Positions 59,068 through 64,000 of a DNA stretch of 64,000 nucleotides are shown piece by piece. Made by a program: the position numbers and the translations under genes. The DNA comes from Eukaryota sp. TZLM1-RC (taxonomy: Eukaryota > Protista > Metamonada: BaSk clade): positions 62,001-126,000 of the forward strand of contig JAUPSS010000004.1 of NCBI GenBank assembly GCA_040285825.1, read 5' to 3'. How positions within the stretch are numbered: position 1 is the first letter of the stretch; every line of letters begins with the position of its first letter. Under the pieces are notes generated by a model. That model had not been told where the DNA came from, ran no database searches, and was given only the letters and a program-made list of their open reading frames with translations.

Positions 59068-61230
59068 TTTATTGAATTTGCACACTTGATTAAATTAAAT
59101 CATAACTAAAGGGACGACTATCATTAAACCAAGATTTCCTCTACAAAATCTTGATTTGCTTGCTGTCTAGCTAAAGCTTCTCTAATTCGATTGAAAAACC
59201 GCGGTAATCTATTAATAATGGCAAATTGAATCCGTGAACGCCATAAAAAAATATCAAATCTTTTCATTGTTTTTTCTTTCACCATTTTTTGGAAGTCATC
59301 CAAAAAAGTTTCTGCTTCAACTGATAATCTTCCATTTATCGAAAATGGAAAAGCAATAAAAACCAGCTGTGTATTTCTATCGATATTTGCATCTTCAATT
59401 TCTTTATCATATTTTCTATGTTTTTCTTTTGCTTTAAAATCCAGAGCAGCCACAGGATTAAGTTTTCTTTTGTGAACCAAAGTATCGTTTGCAACATTAC
59501 ATGAGACAAAGTCAACAATAGCTTCAGAATTATCAATCCAATCACAGTATACATCACCTCTATCATCAGAACTAAAATTATTCAGAGAAAGTGTTTCTTT
59601 CAGCAGGGGCTCTTTGATACACGATATCCTTGCAGTTTGTGCCATATTGAAAACAGTGTCTCTAACAGCATCATGTAATGAAGAACGATAAGTTATCAAT
59701 TTAGAGCAATTTAGAGCATGGCGCAAAGTGAGTTGAGGTGAATTCGAACAAATACATTTTTCTTTTGATAATAATTGGTTAATGGGGATGTTCAAATATA
59801 ATCTCATTTTTGTTACAAATGCTTCATTAGTAGCACACAATCCAAATCTTCGTGGTACAATGGTTACAAAAAGTGAAGAATCTGACACCTTGTTTTTAAC
59901 AAACACCCTTTTCCAATAACAATGAGTGAAGATCTTGATTTAAAACAGCCGAGCTGCAAATATTATTATAAAGATCTTTTTCATACATTCCAGTCAATCT
60001 TTTTCTGTAATGTTCGAAGAGTGTACTTCAAATTTAAAACATTTTTTCTGGAATATTGCCATTGAATGATTGGGGAAAACATCGACCCCATTTTTCTACA
60101 TCAATTTTTGAAATTTCTTCATTTAATGCAAAAACAGTGGAACTTTGCGTTGTCATCAATAAATCTTCCCAATCTGCAAATCTTTCGGAGAACTCAAAGA
60201 TTGCATTTCTGCATCCACCAACAAAAAGCACACGAGGTAAGAATAGAAGCCTTCGTCCACCCTAAACCACCATATTGTGGACTAAGGTAAGCATGATCTG
60301 GAATTTGAAACATTTTACATCCCAGTAATTGAGACAGAACTTTTGCACGTAACTCATTAAACTTTTGAGCCAAAGGTCTAGTGACGAGAGGATTTGTAGA
60401 TCGAAATATATGATTAAAATTGGAACTAAAACACAGTCTTATAATGGTAAATTTGATGTGTTTTTTTATATCTAAATTCATCATTCGGTCAATTTTGTCA
60501 GAAATTGAGTTCAACTTTTCAAACAATTTTTTTGGTAATTTCATCATTATTTCCTAAAAACGAACCCAAATGACGAATAGCATCAATTGAATATAATTTG
60601 GCTTGAATTTCAATATCATCAATTATTGTGGAAACTGGAGAATTCGATAACAAAAACACATTTAAGTAAATTAAGTCGGAGACCAATTTTGGTAAATAAT
60701 TCTTTAAAACATACAGTTGCTTTTTTTCACAATATTTAATTCACCAATAAGCACAACATCATCCATATATGCAATCATTTTTAGTGAAGGAAACATCTCT
60801 TGAATTTGCAGTAGAATAGGATGAATGGCCAAACAAAACAAAAGAGGTCCTAACGGATCTCCTTGCTTTACGCCACTTGATGAAATCAAAATGTTGTTAC
60901 CAAAATGTAAATTAGAATATGTGCAATATGTTGATTGAAAATATGGTATTAATTCTGGCATATATTGCAATAGAGCACCATGGATACTGCGACGACTTAG
61001 CGAATTGAAAGCATTACTAAAATCCAATGACATGCAAACATTGGATTCATTTTGACGAAATAAGACATCAGTAGCAAAAATCGCTGAAGAGACTCCATCT
61101 GTAGTATTTATACCATATTGAAAGGGTAATAAAATCTTTTTAGCTTTTTCATTGAACCTGCTTAAGCAACACGCAGAAAAAATATTATGTAAGCTCTCAG
61201 AGACTGCAATAGGACGAACATCCATTTTTG
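59068..61230 (-). mobile_element. 5'-truncated CRE-like non-LTR retrotransposon (RT + REL), frameshifted
   Basis: VRPIAV, QYG, DFSNAFNS, GVKQGDPLGP, AYMDD, GGLG, CICSN..H...C, HDAVRD, RGDV, VDF, K..KY. Confidence 0.9.
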
Positions 61231-63269
61231 AATTTTTGACAATCTATATATATTGACAATCTATATAATCCAGTTCAAAAATTCAAAAAAAATTCAAGCA
61301 ACAATGGACGCTGAGGAACATCTGTTGAGAGAGCAAAAATAACAATTGCAGCTCACTCAAACTTCATCTTGATACAGTTGCCAACAGCAACCGTTTCTGA
61401 AGTAAATTGTTCGTAAAATGTTCGGACAAACTGGACATCATTCGTGCTGATTGACATTGATTTGAAATTGATAAAGTTCTGTCATGTTTGGTTTTAAGGT
61501 GAGATGACAAGTTGGACATGTTCATATGTTTCTCTACGTCAAATGTTGATCTCTGCAACGTACTATTGTACACCTGGAATGAAATCTCACTTGATATACA
61601 TCGACTGTTGTGTTGTTGTATAGTTCGATAGAAATGGGATACCATCAAACAATCCAAAATTCTTATTATCATTATTATCGTTCTTCACAATTTAAAAACT
61701 TGCTTTGGTTTGAGGGTTGAGTTCCTTGAGTTCCTTGAGACTTGCTCGTGAAAATATTTTAAACCTGATGGATGATGAATTATTAGATATTAGTCGAGAA
61801 CAAGATATTGGAAACAATGAACGAGACGAAAACTAATATCCAAATCCATTTGTGTACCTTTAATTCAATAATTAATAAATTCAATTAAAAGAACAATTAC
61901 AAATCACACCCCATGAGAACTCATGTTTAGGTCTTCAATTATCCAAAGATCAGATTGTGATACATTCATTGGAGGCATATTTGATTTTGAATCCATTGTC
62001 CCCTTTTTGCAGGACCAAAACTCAAAACCGAACGTTTTCACAAATATGAGAACATGCAAAGAAGCACCACTATTAAGTAAATCACAATATTTTTAAAAGA
62101 AACACCACAGATAAAACATTTAATAATGGTGAATTTTCTTGAAAGTCAAAACAAGATAATAAATTACACAAAACTTAGTTTAGCACATTCCAAATTAGAA
62201 GGATCTCCTCCAATTCCAGATTAACAAATACGAACCTGGTTACTGGTATGACAGAGGTGTTAGATGTAGAATAAGATAAAATCACGTATGATGACTCACA
62301 ATAATTTGATTTAATGAAGCTTTTCCTTTGGTCACTGCAATAAAATCCAGCAGAAGCACTGTGAAATTTGAAGCACTGACCATTTTGTTGCTTTTGATTT
62401 TCTTAGCCCAATCGCGTCCACTGACAAAAGCAAACATGCCATCGAAGAAATCCTTGAAGATTATGATACAGCTAAAGGACCTGTCTACATTATACGATAG
62501 ATTAAGTGGCATGACTTCCAAGGAATTGTATTTCATTCAATCAGTTATTCAGAAGCATATCCGCGAGTTTATGGAAACTAATTCAAACAAATGTAAATTC
62601 ACTCAATTCATTAGCTCAACTCAAACTCTTCCTGAGCCAAATCATTATCTGAAAAGCAGGTGGAAGAACAATTGTAAAAATTATTAATTAGGAAACATGA
62701 GAATTAGGTGTATGTTTCTCACTAGTGAGCACCCTTATATAGAATAAAATTAAATAAAACTTTAGGTCAATGCAGTTTATTCAGCTAGTGGAATGCCTTT
62801 GCCAATTCAAGTGTGCCTCAACTTTTTATCAGTGGTTATGGTTTAAACTGCTTAAGAAATTTGAACAATTTGAAAGGTGATAGATGGATTCAATTTAAAC
62901 AAAACAAATTTGACGTATTGAGAATTAGCCAATCATTCCCTTGAGCAAAATACCCTGTTTGTTTTGAAATTGTGTGCACATTCTTGATATCAAATACCAG
63001 ACTCTATCACAAGTGAAAGAACCTTTGGTTATGTGTCATGGTTCTTTAACTTCCATTAGTCAGAATTGTAAACTTTGTCACAAAGGTTCAAGACGGATTC
63101 TTAAATAGAAACTGAATAGGAGCTGGCACATCAGATTTTGCTGGTAAAGATTGATGTCAGTACGAGTGATAATAAAGAATCTCAATAGTTGAGCTGAATA
63201 TATACTGTTTTATATATTATTATATTGTATATGTATTTAAAATGAAGCTTCCCTCTGAAATGACCTTTT

Positions 63270-64000
63270 CATGGTTGATTGCATTAAAAAAGAACGAATT
63301 GAAAATAAGACCAACTGCAATAGGTGAATCATTATCCTGAATTCTTGCTTTTGCTGTGTTTGGTAGGATTAGTAAAAAAGCTAAAGATTGTTTTAGTCCT
63401 TTTCAATTTAGATATTAAAACAGTTGATGGAGCATCTTTTGCGGCACTCTTTTCTGATGTTTTTTTAATTCAAGCAATTTGAATTATATTTTTAATTCAG
63501 ATTTTAAAAACGCTTTAAATGCAGTGAAGAGGTCGTCGTTCTTGCCCGTGCTCCAAACTCATTTCCCAGAAGCTGAGTCGTTCTTTTACAATTTTTATGG
63601 CTCACAGTCAACACTTGTATATGAAGATTTTAATTTGATATCATCGTCTGGTGTCAAACAAGGTGATCCATTAGGTCCTTTCATTTTCTGCCTTGCTATC
63701 CATCCTCTAATAAGTGAATTAAAACAAGAATTTCTAGATATTCATATTACTGCTTATATGGATGACATTTTGATAATTGGTCCAATTGATTCATTGAGAA
63801 AAATTGCTAGAATTGTTCAACAGTGCTATTATGAAATTGTTCTTTTTTTAAATATTTCCCAATGTTTGTTGATTGGTAGAGAGCATGCTGAATTCGTTAT
63901 TGATGATCAAATTGTTCCTTTCATCAACTATTTTGAATAAGGATTCCGTTTTTTAGGTTGTTATTTAGGCAATTTCGATGAAATTCAAAATCAACTTTCT
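63270..64000 (+). mobile_element. Non-LTR RT fragment running off the window edge
   Basis: IRPTAIGES, DFKNALN, GVKQGDPLGP, AYMDD, RFLGCYLG. Confidence 0.88.

Noticed and set aside
61300-63260. ORFs 61364-61672, 62282-62536 and 62328-62687
   Set aside because: No motifs recognised; possibly decayed sequence.

Overview
An AT-rich eukaryotic window, probably from a microbial eukaryote (inferred from intronless genes, the standard genetic code and AATAAA at element 3' ends). It is made almost entirely of mobile DNA and tandem arrays. (1) 1-10815 is a tandem array of a ~462-465 bp unit. At 8 of 10 identical sites it carries 5'-truncated copies of a restriction-like-endonuclease (REL) non-LTR retrotransposon flanked by a 12-bp target duplication. 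An ATG in the unit is in frame with both insert lengths, and two other REL families hit the same unit. (2) 11.0-22.4 kb holds CRE-like non-LTR remnants with an unusual N-terminal ZnF-RNase H-ZnF region and a highly structured 5' leader, a triplicated His-Cys box (I-PpoI-like) nuclease segment, and 3' tRNA fragments near element boundaries. (3) 23.7-35.8 kb is a ~1.6 kb macrosatellite with higher-order structure. (4) 38679-46077 is a complete Ty3/Gypsy chromodomain LTR retrotransposon with a very long gag and no canonical PBS, nested inside a REL element. (5) 46-64 kb contains many REL/RT fragments, a decayed Fanzor1 gene, and a split IS607-like serine recombinase followed by the N-terminus of a TnpB/Fanzor2. 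The only two clear host genes are a bacterial-type membrane 4Fe-4S protein and a RING/coiled-coil/SEL1 protein. All calls come from motif recognition by eye; no database searches were run, and some frameshifts may be homopolymer sequencing errors.
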